Part shown: in pieces, positions 17,979-26,525 of the stretch | Layout: each line of letters starts with the position of its first letter | How positions within the stretch are numbered: the stretch's first letter is position 1 | NCBI GenBank assembly: GCA_016840465.1 | Contig: JAEOSH010000020.1 | Span: forward strand, 1-30,560 | DNA: 30,560 bases | From: Candidatus Baldrarchaeum yapensis | Lineage (GTDB): Archaea > Asgardarchaeota > Baldrarchaeia > Baldrarchaeales > Baldrarchaeaceae | Reading direction: 5' to 3' | The notes under the pieces: model-generated | Told to the model about the DNA's origin: nothing | Databases searched by the model: none | Seen by the model: only the letters and a program-made list of their open reading frames with translations | Program-made: the position numbers and the translations under genes

Positions 17979-18140
17979 GTGCCGGAAGGTCTTGTTGTTA
18001 ATTGTTTGGCAATCTCCCCATCAAAACTTTCATCTTGTCTCGCATAAACATAAAAACCATAGATTAAGGTATATGAATTAGATGAGTTCAGTATATATGA
18101 GTGGTATACTTCATAGAGGATCGACAATGTATGAAGAGAG

Positions 18141-19880
18141 GTGTACATTTTGAAGGGGAGTCGGGGACTTCCCGACTATGTTATTAACAGAATATGGGAA
18201 CAATGCTGGTCAGAGGATGCGAAGAGGTGGATAGAGAAAATAGGGCCGCCACCTGAGGATGTCGACATCGTGGCGTACTGGGATAGAAGGATAAAGGAAG
18301 AGCTCCGAGTTCTCGACGAGGTCGCGATGGTATTCTATGGGTATAACATACAGATGACGTACCGCGAGTTTATGGAACGGAGAGATAGATTTGCGACTGC
18401 GTTGCACGAACTGGGCATTCGGAAAGGAGACAAAGTAGCGGTGTATCTTCCCAATTGCCCCCAATTTGCAATAGCCGCCTTTGGCGCATTAAGAATAGGC
18501 GCGACGATAACATGTGTGAACCCCCTCTTTGCCCCCAGAGAGGTGCAGTTCCAGCTAAGCGATAGCGAGAGCAGGGTTGTCGTTACAACGGACACTTTGT
18601 ATCCTAAGGTTAAGGCCGTTAAGGAGGATACTCCGCTTGAACATGTAATAGTCCTGAATCTAAGAGGGGAAAAACCCAAAGTCGAAAAGGAGCCCGGGGT
18701 GCTATACTTCGATGAGATGATAGAGAAAGCTTCACCCAAGCCTCCAAAGGTAGAGATAGATCCTAAGGAGGATATCGCGGTTCTCCAGTACACCGGGGGG
18801 ACCACCGGAATCCCGAAGGGGTGCATGCTCACCCACTATAATGTTCTATCTAACGCGTGGCAGATGAGACCCATTGGCGAAGTTATGAAGGAAAAACTGG
18901 GAATTGAGAGACTGAAGAGATTATGTGTCCTTCCGTGGTACCACATTTACGGGCAAACCTGTGATCTCGTCGGAGGCCTCGGGGACGGACAACTGCTCGT
19001 GATTTTCGATAGATTTGATCCGGGAAAAGTTCTGGACGCAATCCAGCAGTATAAGCCGCACATATTCTTGGTTGTCACACCAATTCTTCTGTTCCTACTG
19101 CAACACCCCAAGATAAGAGAAGTGGACTTTTCATCCCTTAAATTGGTAAACGCAGGAGCCGCACCACTGCCGGTTGAGATTGCAAAGCAGTGGAAGGAAA
19201 TAACGGGGGTCGAGGTCCAAGAAGGCTATGGACTAAGCGAGGCAAGCCCCGTAACTCACACAACCGCAAGTCCATTCTTTGCAACGAAGATAAAATTGGG
19301 ATCTGCCGGTGTGCCGCTGCCGTGGACTCTCGAAGCTATCGTCGACCCTGAAACGCTTGAGTTTCTACCCCTCGGAGAGACAGGAGAGTTGGTTGTTGCG
19401 GGACCACAGGTGATGAAAGGTTACTGGAAGAGGCCCGATGAAACAGAGAAAGTCTTCTTCGAGGCCGGGGGAATAAAGTGGCTCAGAACAGGAGATGTCG
19501 CCAAAATAGACGAGGAGGGCTTCGTGTGGATTGTTGACCGCGTCAAGGAAATAATAAAGTATAAGGGCCATTCGGTGTATCCACGGGAGGTGGAGGAGGT
19601 CCTCTATGAACACCCCGCGGTCATAGACGCGGCTGTCGTCGGTGTCCCAGACCCCGTCGCTGGGGAAAACATAAAGGCGTTCGTCGTCCTAAAGCCGGAG
19701 TACCGTGGGAAGGTCACCGAGCAGGAGATAATAGAGTGGTGTAAGGAGCGTCTCGCGGCCTACAAGTACCCCCGCATGGTCGAGTTTGTGACGTCGATAC
19801 CGCGAAGCGCTGCCGGAAAGGTCCTCCGTAGGGTCTTACGTCAAAAGGAAATAGAAAAGATGAAGAAAGAGCAAAAATGA
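18141..19880 (+). CDS. Long-chain fatty acid--CoA ligase (AMP-forming, FadD-like)
   Basis: Motifs LQYTGGTTGIPKG, EGYGLSEASP, GPQVMKGYW, WLRTGD, DRVKEIIKYKG, YKYPR and GKVLRR. Confidence 0.93.
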   Translation: MYILKGSRGLPDYVINRIWEQCWSEDAKRWIEKIGPPPEDVDIVAYWDRRIKEELRVLDEVAMVFYGYNIQMTYREFMERRDRFATALHELGIRKGDKVAVYLPNCPQFAIAAFGALRIGATITCVNPLFAPREVQFQLSDSESRVVVTTDTLYPKVKAVKEDTPLEHVIVLNLRGEKPKVEKEPGVLYFDEMIEKASPKPPKVEIDPKEDIAVLQYTGGTTGIPKGCMLTHYNVLSNAWQMRPIGEVMKEKLGIERLKRLCVLPWYHIYGQTCDLVGGLGDGQLLVIFDRFDPGKVLDAIQQYKPHIFLVVTPILLFLLQHPKIREVDFSSLKLVNAGAAPLPVEIAKQWKEITGVEVQEGYGLSEASPVTHTTASPFFATKIKLGSAGVPLPWTLEAIVDPETLEFLPLGETGELVVAGPQVMKGYWKRPDETEKVFFEAGGIKWLRTGDVAKIDEEGFVWIVDRVKEIIKYKGHSVYPREVEEVLYEHPAVIDAAVVGVPDPVAGENIKAFVVLKPEYRGKVTEQEIIEWCKERLAAYKYPRMVEFVTSIPRSAAGKVLRRVLRQKEIEKMKKEQK

Positions 19881-20028
19881 AGGTTGCAGAATACACCGTT
19901 GTGCGATAAATGTAAAGAATCCTAACATTTTCCTACTTTTTAATAATTTTAACGATTTTTTATGCCCGTAATTACGATTTTAATTGGCGTCGATCTTACA
20001 GCCACAATAAATAATCATTATCATTCTG

Positions 20029-20175
20029 AGTGACGAGATCGGAAGCGATGAAGTCCCGAGATTATTCGCATTTGCGGAAAAGCTTTACACCAATTATCAC
20101 TATAACTTTCTCAATTGTAAGAGATTTCAAATATACATGGAGGACTCTTTGAAACTCATGCAGATTCTGAAATAA
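20029..20175 (+). pseudogene. C-terminal fragment of a PaREP1/HEPN-like gene
   Basis: Not in the ORF track. Reads SDEIGSDEVPRLFAFAEKLYTNYHYNFLNCKRFQIYMEDSLKLMQILK*, which aligns with EDPEVVGLFAYAERLHANFYHGFL..F....EHVLRLIEKL of the convergent PaREP1 pseudogene. Confidence 0.5.
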
Positions 20176-20228
20176 TACTGGAGGAGAGAGGAAAATCTTC
20201 ATAAAGCTAATATCTGAGGGTTGGATTG

Positions 20229-20700
20229 TCATTTACCACTTTTGATGTCTGCATGAGCCTTAAGATACTTGTTTAACTTCTCGATAAGCCTCAGCACATG
20301 CTCTCTATGATGCTCAAATGTGCCCTTTCTTAGAAAGCCGTGATAAAATTTGCATGAAGCCTCTCGGCATAAGCAAAGAGTCCCACAACTTCGGGGTCTT
20401 CCATTTTCTCTGCAGCATGCTCTATGATCTCGGTGTAGTCCCTATGGTTAAAATGGGGGAGCTCATCTCTTTCTCCAATGGCATTTAGCAGTGCCGTTAC
20501 TGTGCCCCTCTCCTGTAAAACTCCTCCGCCTCCCTGACGTACTTCTCGTAAAGTTTCAGGTACACGTATACTCTTGTGTTCGGATCGCGGTCTTCACAGG
20601 ATTTTTCGACGATTATGTCAAGAGCTGTCTTATTTTTCCTCAGTGCGCTCTTTTCAAGCATGCGGTAGATTTCAAACGGGATCTCTATCACTACATCCAT
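20229..20700 (-). pseudogene. PaREP1-family (HEPN-related) gene with N-terminal RHH-like segment, disrupted
   Basis: MDVVIEIP...YLKLYEKYVREAEEFYRRG, then an out-of-frame deletion of ~10 codons (the usual DxxQAxEKxW) at the G-run 20505-08. Continues GTVTALLNAIG..HFNHRDY...LFAYAERLHANF, then a -1 frameshift in T4 (20345-48), then YHGFL...*. Possible TTG start at 20730. Confidence 0.75.
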
Positions 20701-20956
20701 CAGGTACACATACTTTGATGCCCATCGCAACCTCTTCCTTATTTTATGAAGTTGATGCTTTTAACCTTTTAAGAAATGACGAATTGCTGGCGATCTCGGA
20801 ATCTTGTTATGTCTTTTCTAATTGTGAGAGTTTGCGCGGCTAGGGTCAACGGTGTTTAGATTTTGGAGCAGAAACGGTCAGGATCTGGCATATTTACGTA
20901 CTACACGAAAACTAAATAAATCGCTGGGACACAAAAGAAAATATCGGGGTGATCAA

Positions 20957-21709
20957 ATGATAAGAGGTATTCCTTTTCATGCGCCGCTCTATCAGGGAGA
21001 TATGGAGAGAGGGATCGAGTACAGGAACTGTGAAGGATTGGCGGCATTCTTCACGATAAAAGGGGACATTTCGGGTCTTCTGCCGGAGGGACTGAAGCCC
21101 TATAGCGACCCACCACAAGGGGGCATCTGGTTCGCCCACTACTCCTTCAGCACGCTTGGAGAGTACTATGAGTTCTTGAGCGTCATACAGGTGGAGGACC
21201 CGGAGGGAGAGATGGGGTATTACATTCCTTTCATTTATGTGACAAATGATGCTGCGCTCGCGGCGGGTAGGGAACTCGCGGGTGCGCCCAAGAAACTCGC
21301 AAAGATAGAAATCACAAAGGAGTACGAGTTGGTGCAGGCGATTCTCGAAAGACCTACTGGCAAGAGGCTTGTCACGTTCACAATGATGCCGACCACCAGG
21401 GTTGCTGGTGGCATAATAGACGCCATACTTCCCAAGCCGACGCCTCTGCTATCCGTCAGGCATTTACCGCCAATCAAGGGCAAGGGCGGCGTTACTCAAC
21501 TGATCAAGTGGTACGCGGATATAGACTTCCACACGGACCCACGAGGCGAGAGGGTAATATTCATGGGACCCGCATCGGTGACCTACGACTCTCCCTCGGT
21601 GATAGACCCCGTTCACAGACTCGAAATAGATCAGATACTTGCCGCGATCTACTTCCAGTTCGATATGAAACTGGGCGTCACCAAGATTCTCAAGGAGTAT
21701 AAGGAATAA
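20957..21709 (+). CDS. Acetoacetate decarboxylase (Adc)-like superfamily protein
   Basis: GEYYE...V and YVTNDAALAAGRELAGAPKKLA, with the Schiff-base PKK motif. ATG 20957 follows GGGGTGA; the track extends to GTG 20852. Confidence 0.85.
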   Translation: MIRGIPFHAPLYQGDMERGIEYRNCEGLAAFFTIKGDISGLLPEGLKPYSDPPQGGIWFAHYSFSTLGEYYEFLSVIQVEDPEGEMGYYIPFIYVTNDAALAAGRELAGAPKKLAKIEITKEYELVQAILERPTGKRLVTFTMMPTTRVAGGIIDAILPKPTPLLSVRHLPPIKGKGGVTQLIKWYADIDFHTDPRGERVIFMGPASVTYDSPSVIDPVHRLEIDQILAAIYFQFDMKLGVTKILKEYKE

Positions 21710-21759
21710 TTATCCGCTCCAAACCTCTCCAAACTCCTTTTTATATGCGTGGTGAGTGA

Positions 21760-22953
21760 ATGCTAGTGGACTTTCTGCTGACAGAGGAGCAAAAAGCGAT
21801 TAAAGAGGCGGCGAGGGAGTTTGCGGAGAAGGAGTTTCCAAAATACGCCGAGGAGTGTGACCGCGAGGAAAAGTTTCCATTTGAGTTGTGGAAGAAAGCC
21901 GCCGAACTCGGCTTCATAGGAATGTACATCCCCGAGGAGTACGGGGGTCAAGGGCTGGGAATTCTCGACTTCTGCCTTGTCGTTGAGGAGTTCTGGAGGG
22001 TCGATGCCGGGCTGGGGATGATTCTCTCCACAACATTCGGCTCCGAGATGATAATGCTCTTTGGAACCGAGAAACAAAAGAAGAAGTACCTTCCTCCACT
22101 CGCAAGGGGAGAAAAGATTTGCTGTGCCTGCTTTACCGAACCCCAAGCAGGAAGCGATATTGCGGCAGTAAGAACGAGGGCCGTGAAGGACGGCGATGAA
22201 TATGTCATAAATGGCACCAAGATGTTCATAACTAACGGCTCCATCGCTGATTACTACATAGTTCTAGCAAGAACCAACCCAAATCCCCCGAAAAGGCATG
22301 AAGGGTTGAGCGTGTTCATAGTGGAGAAAGGAACACCGGGATTGGAGGCAAGGAAGCTTACAAATAAGCTGGGAATCAGAGCAAGCGACACCGCAGAGGT
22401 GGTATTTAAAGACGTGAGGGTTCCGGAGGAGAACCTGATCGGCAAAGAGGGAGATGGTTTCCGGCAGGCGATGGAGTTCTTTAACCTGACGCGGATCCAT
22501 GTAGCGTTCCAAGCGGTTGGTCTGGCGCAGGGAGCATTCGAACTTGCGCTGGAGTACGCGAAAAACAGGGAGGTATTTGAGAAGAAATTGGTGGACTTTC
22601 AGATGACGAGAGAGAAACTTGCAAAGATGAGGACCGAGATAGAGGCTGCAAGGTTGCTTGCAATCCAAGCTGCACTGGTTGCAGATAAGACGGGGTCACC
22701 CGATCCGGGGTTGACCGCGATGGCCAAATACTATGCTGCTAAGATTGCCCAGAGGGTTGTGTACGAGGCGCAACAACTGTACGGCGGCTATGGTTTCATG
22801 GGAGATCAGGCGATTTCGAGAATGTACAGAGATGTCAGGATACTCGAGATATACGAGGGGACGCGGGAGATTGAGTTAGAAGTGATAGCGCGATCGATAC
22901 TAGGAAGGGTACCGTCAAGACTGAAGATACTACGAAGGCATCCCTTGATGTGA
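21760..22953 (+). CDS. Acyl-CoA dehydrogenase (canonical IYEGT type)
   Basis: Motifs LTEEQKAI...REFA, CFTEPQAGSD, NGTKMFITNG, KLGIRASDTAEV.F.DVRVP, YGGYGF and EIYEGT. Confidence 0.95.
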   Translation: MLVDFLLTEEQKAIKEAAREFAEKEFPKYAEECDREEKFPFELWKKAAELGFIGMYIPEEYGGQGLGILDFCLVVEEFWRVDAGLGMILSTTFGSEMIMLFGTEKQKKKYLPPLARGEKICCACFTEPQAGSDIAAVRTRAVKDGDEYVINGTKMFITNGSIADYYIVLARTNPNPPKRHEGLSVFIVEKGTPGLEARKLTNKLGIRASDTAEVVFKDVRVPEENLIGKEGDGFRQAMEFFNLTRIHVAFQAVGLAQGAFELALEYAKNREVFEKKLVDFQMTREKLAKMRTEIEAARLLAIQAALVADKTGSPDPGLTAMAKYYAAKIAQRVVYEAQQLYGGYGFMGDQAISRMYRDVRILEIYEGTREIELEVIARSILGRVPSRLKILRRHPLM

Positions 22954-22962
22954 ATGCTACCC

Positions 22963-23188
22963 TTAGCGATCCTTATAATCGGTATCAGAAAATCCCATTC
23001 TCTCCTCTAGAAATTCCTTAAGCACGTCCTTATCAACGCGCTTGCGATATTTCATAATTACGTCAGCAGGTCCCTTCTCCCTTACACGTCCTCCTTTTAT
23101 CTTCTCGGTCAAATTTATGAACTCTTCAATAACGATCTCGCGCAATTCTAACCTTTAGCACAGTATATTCCTCTGATTTCATACTCAT
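22963..23188 (-). pseudogene. Possible degraded antitoxin (VapB/AbrB-like) with a truncated PIN-like start
   Basis: MSMKSEEYTVLKVRI, then a frame change to ..KGPADVIMKYRKRVDKDVLKEFLEER, then MGFSDTD resembling a VapC DT motif. Weak by-eye similarity only. Confidence 0.3.
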
Positions 23189-23365
23189 CACACATCCTTA
23201 TCCTAACACTAATAATAACGGCTATCGGCCTGGTAAAAATAACACGCTCATCACATTCACCTCCAGGAATTTTAGCATGCTTTAACAGGAAGTGAACCGG
23301 GTTATCACAACCACGGTTACTGTGAGATGATCAAGAGTTCGGAAAAAGTCTCATGGAAGAGTCTT

Positions 23366-23815
23366 CTACGTAAAGGTGAACTCTGAAGTAGAAGAACTCG
23401 AGTGAATGGTGGGGGTTATTATCCTTAATTTCTTTATCCTCGAGAAGTGATCAACGTTCATCGTCGCAAGTACACAGTCATTTGCCAACGTTATGGCAGC
23501 AATGAGCACATCACCAACTTCTATCGGCATTCCCTTGCTTTCGAGCATCGCCAAAATTTCTCCCGCGATTTTGGAGGACTTAATATCAAGATACAGTACC
23601 TCCATGTTATCAGCGAGATCCTTAACCTCTTTCAAATTCTTTTCCCGCTTCTTGGACTTATAAGCCCCATAAAAAAGCTCAAATATGTTTATAATAGTGG
23701 TTGCGAGGGGGATGCCTTCCTCCTCCAGTCTTTTGACAAACCTGACAATATCCTTCACATCCCTAAGTAGTCCCACTAGAATGTCCGTGTCCAGTACTAC
23801 TTTTGGAGTCTCCAT
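23366..23815 (-). CDS. vapC: VapC PIN-domain ribonuclease toxin
   Basis: PIN motifs VVLDTDIL, INIFEL, GDVLIAA and T.NVDHFSRI. Overlaps the upstream antitoxin by 19 nt. Confidence 0.9.
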   Translation of the reverse strand: METPKVVLDTDILVGLLRDVKDIVRFVKRLEEEGIPLATTIINIFELFYGAYKSKKREKNLKEVKDLADNMEVLYLDIKSSKIAGEILAMLESKGMPIEVGDVLIAAITLANDCVLATMNVDHFSRIKKLRIITPTIHSSSSTSEFTFT

Positions 23816-24054
23816 CGCGCCCTCACCGATCTTATTGCTTTTAGAATCTCCTCGGCCTCTTCATCATCCATTTCCCAGGCTCCCGCAAACTCGCTCACCC
23901 TCCTCCGAGCCCTGCCTAGCAATATGTTTATGACTTCGTCTATCGATACTGGGCGCTTCAACTCCGCACGCAATTTTCCTGCAAGTTCGTTTAAACGCCT
24001 ATATGTCTCCTCACGAACTTTTATCGAAATCATTTTTGTCACTATTACCGCCAT
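23797..24054 (-). CDS. vapB: VapB-family antitoxin
   Basis: TKMISIKVREETYRRL...SIDEVI..LL...VSEFAG.W.M.DEEAEEI pattern, directly upstream of vapC. Start probably ATG 24054 or GTG 24042, not 24138. Confidence 0.8.
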   Translation of the reverse strand: MAVIVTKMISIKVREETYRRLNELAGKLRAELKRPVSIDEVINILLGRARRRVSEFAGAWEMDDEEAEEILKAIRSVRARWRLQK

Positions 24055-24112
24055 GTAGAATAAGTGGAAATAGAAGGATAAAGATTGCGAAGTGTTCGAG
24101 CGAAAAATCGTA

Positions 24113-24370
24113 CTAGCTATCCTCCACATACCTCTCAACGATCGTCCTGATGATGTTTATAGCGATCCTATCGCTCTTCTTCAGTGCTGTCATCGTCGAT
24201 ATAATTCTAAATGCCTCCGCCCTCGATAATTTCGAAAAATATCGTCCACTTCTGGTGCTCTCAAGGTATACGAGTTGCTCACTTGTGCCGTACCGGTGTA
24301 CTCTGAGAACATGCGTGATGATGCCTTTAAGAATACTACTTGCCTTAATGTATTTTCTGTAGGAACTCAA
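24113..24370 (-). CDS. Small basic hypothetical protein
   Basis: 85 aa with a TTG start. AGA/AGG/ATA codon usage resembles neighbouring genes. No recognisable motif. Confidence 0.35.
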   Translation of the reverse strand: MSSYRKYIKASSILKGIITHVLRVHRYGTSEQLVYLESTRSGRYFSKLSRAEAFRIISTMTALKKSDRIAINIIRTIVERYVEDS

Positions 24371-24436
24371 TTTTCTCGGAACGGGTTAAGAAGTTGTTCG
24401 TATTCAGAGTTGCCCACGTGAAGTTGGGGTGATTAC

Positions 24437-25180
24437 GTGAGGGTGATCGTGCTTGTTAAGCACGCTGCGAGCACAGAGGCGGAGATCCGCATTGGCACGG
24501 ATGGAAAGAGCCTAGACACGCGTGGACTCGAATTCGAGATAAATGACTGGGACAGGTATGCGGTCGAGGAGGCGCTGAGGATAAAGGAGGCCCATGGGGG
24601 AGAGGTGGTCGTGGTCGGTGTAGGCATCGATTGTGACCCGACCTTGAGAAAATGTCTCGCGATGGGTGCCGATAGGGCAATTAAGGTGCCGATAGATACC
24701 GGAATGGATCCGTATCTGACGGCAAAGGCAATAAAGGAGGCAATAAAGGGCGAAAAGTTCGACCTCATACTTGCGGGAGTAATGAGCCAGGACCTCAACT
24801 ACTCCCTCGTGGGAGTTTTGCTTGCCGCAATGCTCGATCTTCCGTTTGCGACCGCAGTGACCAGCGTTAAAATAGAGGATGGAAAAGTTAGAGTCCTGAG
24901 AGAATTGGAGGGAGGATATCAGGAGGAGGACGTTCTTCCGTTGCCATGTCTCCTCACAGTCCAGAGCGGGATCAACGAGCCCAGATACGTCTCAATAATG
25001 GGTATAAAGAGGGCCAGGACGAAGGAACTAAGGGAGGTGAAGGTGACGTTAGGCGAACCTACACTCGTGGTCGAGAGGATCTACCATCCTCCCATTAAGA
25101 AGGCCGAGATGCTTGAGGGTGATGCGCCGAAAATTGTTGACCAACTGATTGAAATTCTTAAAAGTCGGGGGCTGATATAA
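24437..25180 (+). CDS. etfB: Electron transfer flavoprotein beta subunit
   Basis: Motifs IVLVK, INDWDRYAVEEAL, LAMGADRA, AG..S.D, RELEGG and INEPRY. GGGGTGA SD. Confidence 0.93.
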   Translation: MRVIVLVKHAASTEAEIRIGTDGKSLDTRGLEFEINDWDRYAVEEALRIKEAHGGEVVVVGVGIDCDPTLRKCLAMGADRAIKVPIDTGMDPYLTAKAIKEAIKGEKFDLILAGVMSQDLNYSLVGVLLAAMLDLPFATAVTSVKIEDGKVRVLRELEGGYQEEDVLPLPCLLTVQSGINEPRYVSIMGIKRARTKELREVKVTLGEPTLVVERIYHPPIKKAEMLEGDAPKIVDQLIEILKSRGLI

Positions 25181-26136
25181 TGAGGGTGTTCGCGATCGCG
25201 GAGCACAGGTTTGGGGAGTTGAACTCCATAAGCTTCGAGTTGCTTCACCTGGCGAACTCCATAAAGGGCAGTGGTACGAGTGAGGCGGTTATAATAGGAC
25301 GGGATGTTGCCGGGTTCGCAAGAGAACTTGTAAGGCACGCCGATAAGGTCTGGGTAATCAGCGATGAAAGTCTCGAGAACTACAATCCGGATCTTTACAT
25401 CGATGTTCTCCTCCAACTGTTCAGGATCGAGACACCCGACATCGTACTTATAGGTCATACCTCTCAGGGTTGCGAACTTGCGCCGTATCTTGCAGTTAAG
25501 CTTGGGGGCTCCGTTGCGACGGATGTTGTCGGGGTGAATGTGAGCAACGATGCCGTTACAGTGTCGCGCTACATATTCCAGGGGAAGCTTATGGTCGACC
25601 TCAAAATCACGAAACTTCCATGCGTATTGACCATCAGGCAGGGCGTGTTCAAGGAGGGACCCGAGGTCAACGGGGAAGTCATTAATACGGATATAAAACC
25701 ATCGAGGAGTCCTGCAAGGTCCTTTGTGAAGTTCATAAAGCCGGAAGTTGGTGAGGTGGATATATCGCAGGCCGACGTGATAGTGGCGGTGGGCAGAGGA
25801 ATAGGGGATGCCTCCAACATAAAACTTGCCGAAGAGCTTGCCCAAATCCTGGGAGGAGTTGTTGCAGGGAGCAGACCCGTTATAGACAGCGGCTGGTTGC
25901 CAAAGGATAGGCAGGTCGGCATTTCCGGGAAAACCGTAAAACCGAAACTCTATCTGGCGCTGGGGATAAGCGGCGCCTTCCAGCACGTCATTGGGATGAA
26001 GGATAGTGATCTGATAATAGCGGTGAACAAGGATCCGGAGGCGCCGATATTCGGAGTCGCTCACTACGGCATTGCTTCCGATCTGTTCGAGATAGTTCCA
26101 CTGCTGATAAAGAAACTTAAAGAAATCAGGGGTTAA
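25180..26136 (+). CDS. etfA: Electron transfer flavoprotein alpha subunit
   Basis: Motifs ADVIVAVGRG, GSRPVID.GW, RQVGISGKTV.PKLY and GISGA.QH..GM...IIAVNKDPEAPIF. 1-nt overlap with etfB. Confidence 0.95.
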   Translation: MRVFAIAEHRFGELNSISFELLHLANSIKGSGTSEAVIIGRDVAGFARELVRHADKVWVISDESLENYNPDLYIDVLLQLFRIETPDIVLIGHTSQGCELAPYLAVKLGGSVATDVVGVNVSNDAVTVSRYIFQGKLMVDLKITKLPCVLTIRQGVFKEGPEVNGEVINTDIKPSRSPARSFVKFIKPEVGEVDISQADVIVAVGRGIGDASNIKLAEELAQILGGVVAGSRPVIDSGWLPKDRQVGISGKTVKPKLYLALGISGAFQHVIGMKDSDLIIAVNKDPEAPIFGVAHYGIASDLFEIVPLLIKKLKEIRG

Positions 26137-26246
26137 AGTCACGAAACCCATCTTTCATGCTAGATTGACAAACTGCCATTTTTATCATATTGCTAAACGT
26201 GAAAGATGATTTATTGCGACGATGAATTACACCATGATGATGCCAT

Positions 26247-26414
26247 ATGGGAAGGCGGTAAATTTCTATACTGATCGATGAGGAGGAGTATCGAAAGCTT
26301 GCAAAATTAAGAGATGAGACGGGATTGCCTATAAGCAAGATAATAGAATTAAAGTTGAAGGGATACGAGATAGTGAAAGTTAGAGAAAAGGCTAAAGAAG
26401 AGCGCGAAAAGTAG
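26247..26414 (+). pseudogene. Small ribbon-helix-helix (CopG-like) DNA-binding protein with a premature TAA
   Basis: Not in the ORF track. Reads MGRR*ISILIDEEEYRKLAKLRDETGLPISKIIELKLKGYEIVKVREKAKEEREK*, with TAA at 26259-61. The strand-helix-helix pattern is RHH-like. Confidence 0.5.
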
Positions 26415-26525
26415 CCTGTGATTAAGACTTATTGCTGATGTTTGTAATGTTCTTCTCAAGAGTCCTTTTCGCATTGACGGAATCTATTCTTAAACATCAT
26501 TTAGAGGTTTTCGCATCATGCATAA

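Noticed and set aside
20852-20956. N-terminal extension of the Adc-like ORF
   Set aside because: The region contains a BRE/TATA-like element (CGAAAACTAAATAA), and ATG 20957 has a strong GGGGTGA SD.
24150-24362. 70-aa hydrophobic plus-strand ORF
   Set aside because: It competes with the minus-strand ORF 24113..24370, has no SD, and its hydrophobicity fits an antisense shadow.
25081-26151. 356-aa minus-strand ORF
   Set aside because: Antisense shadow of etfA, which has strong family motifs; this ORF has none.
15118-26261. Two in-frame TAA codons as possible stop-codon recoding
   Set aside because: TAA terminates many intact genes in the window (e.g. abiEii, etfA, adc-like), no Sec/Pyl context is seen, and neighbouring genes show ordinary decay.
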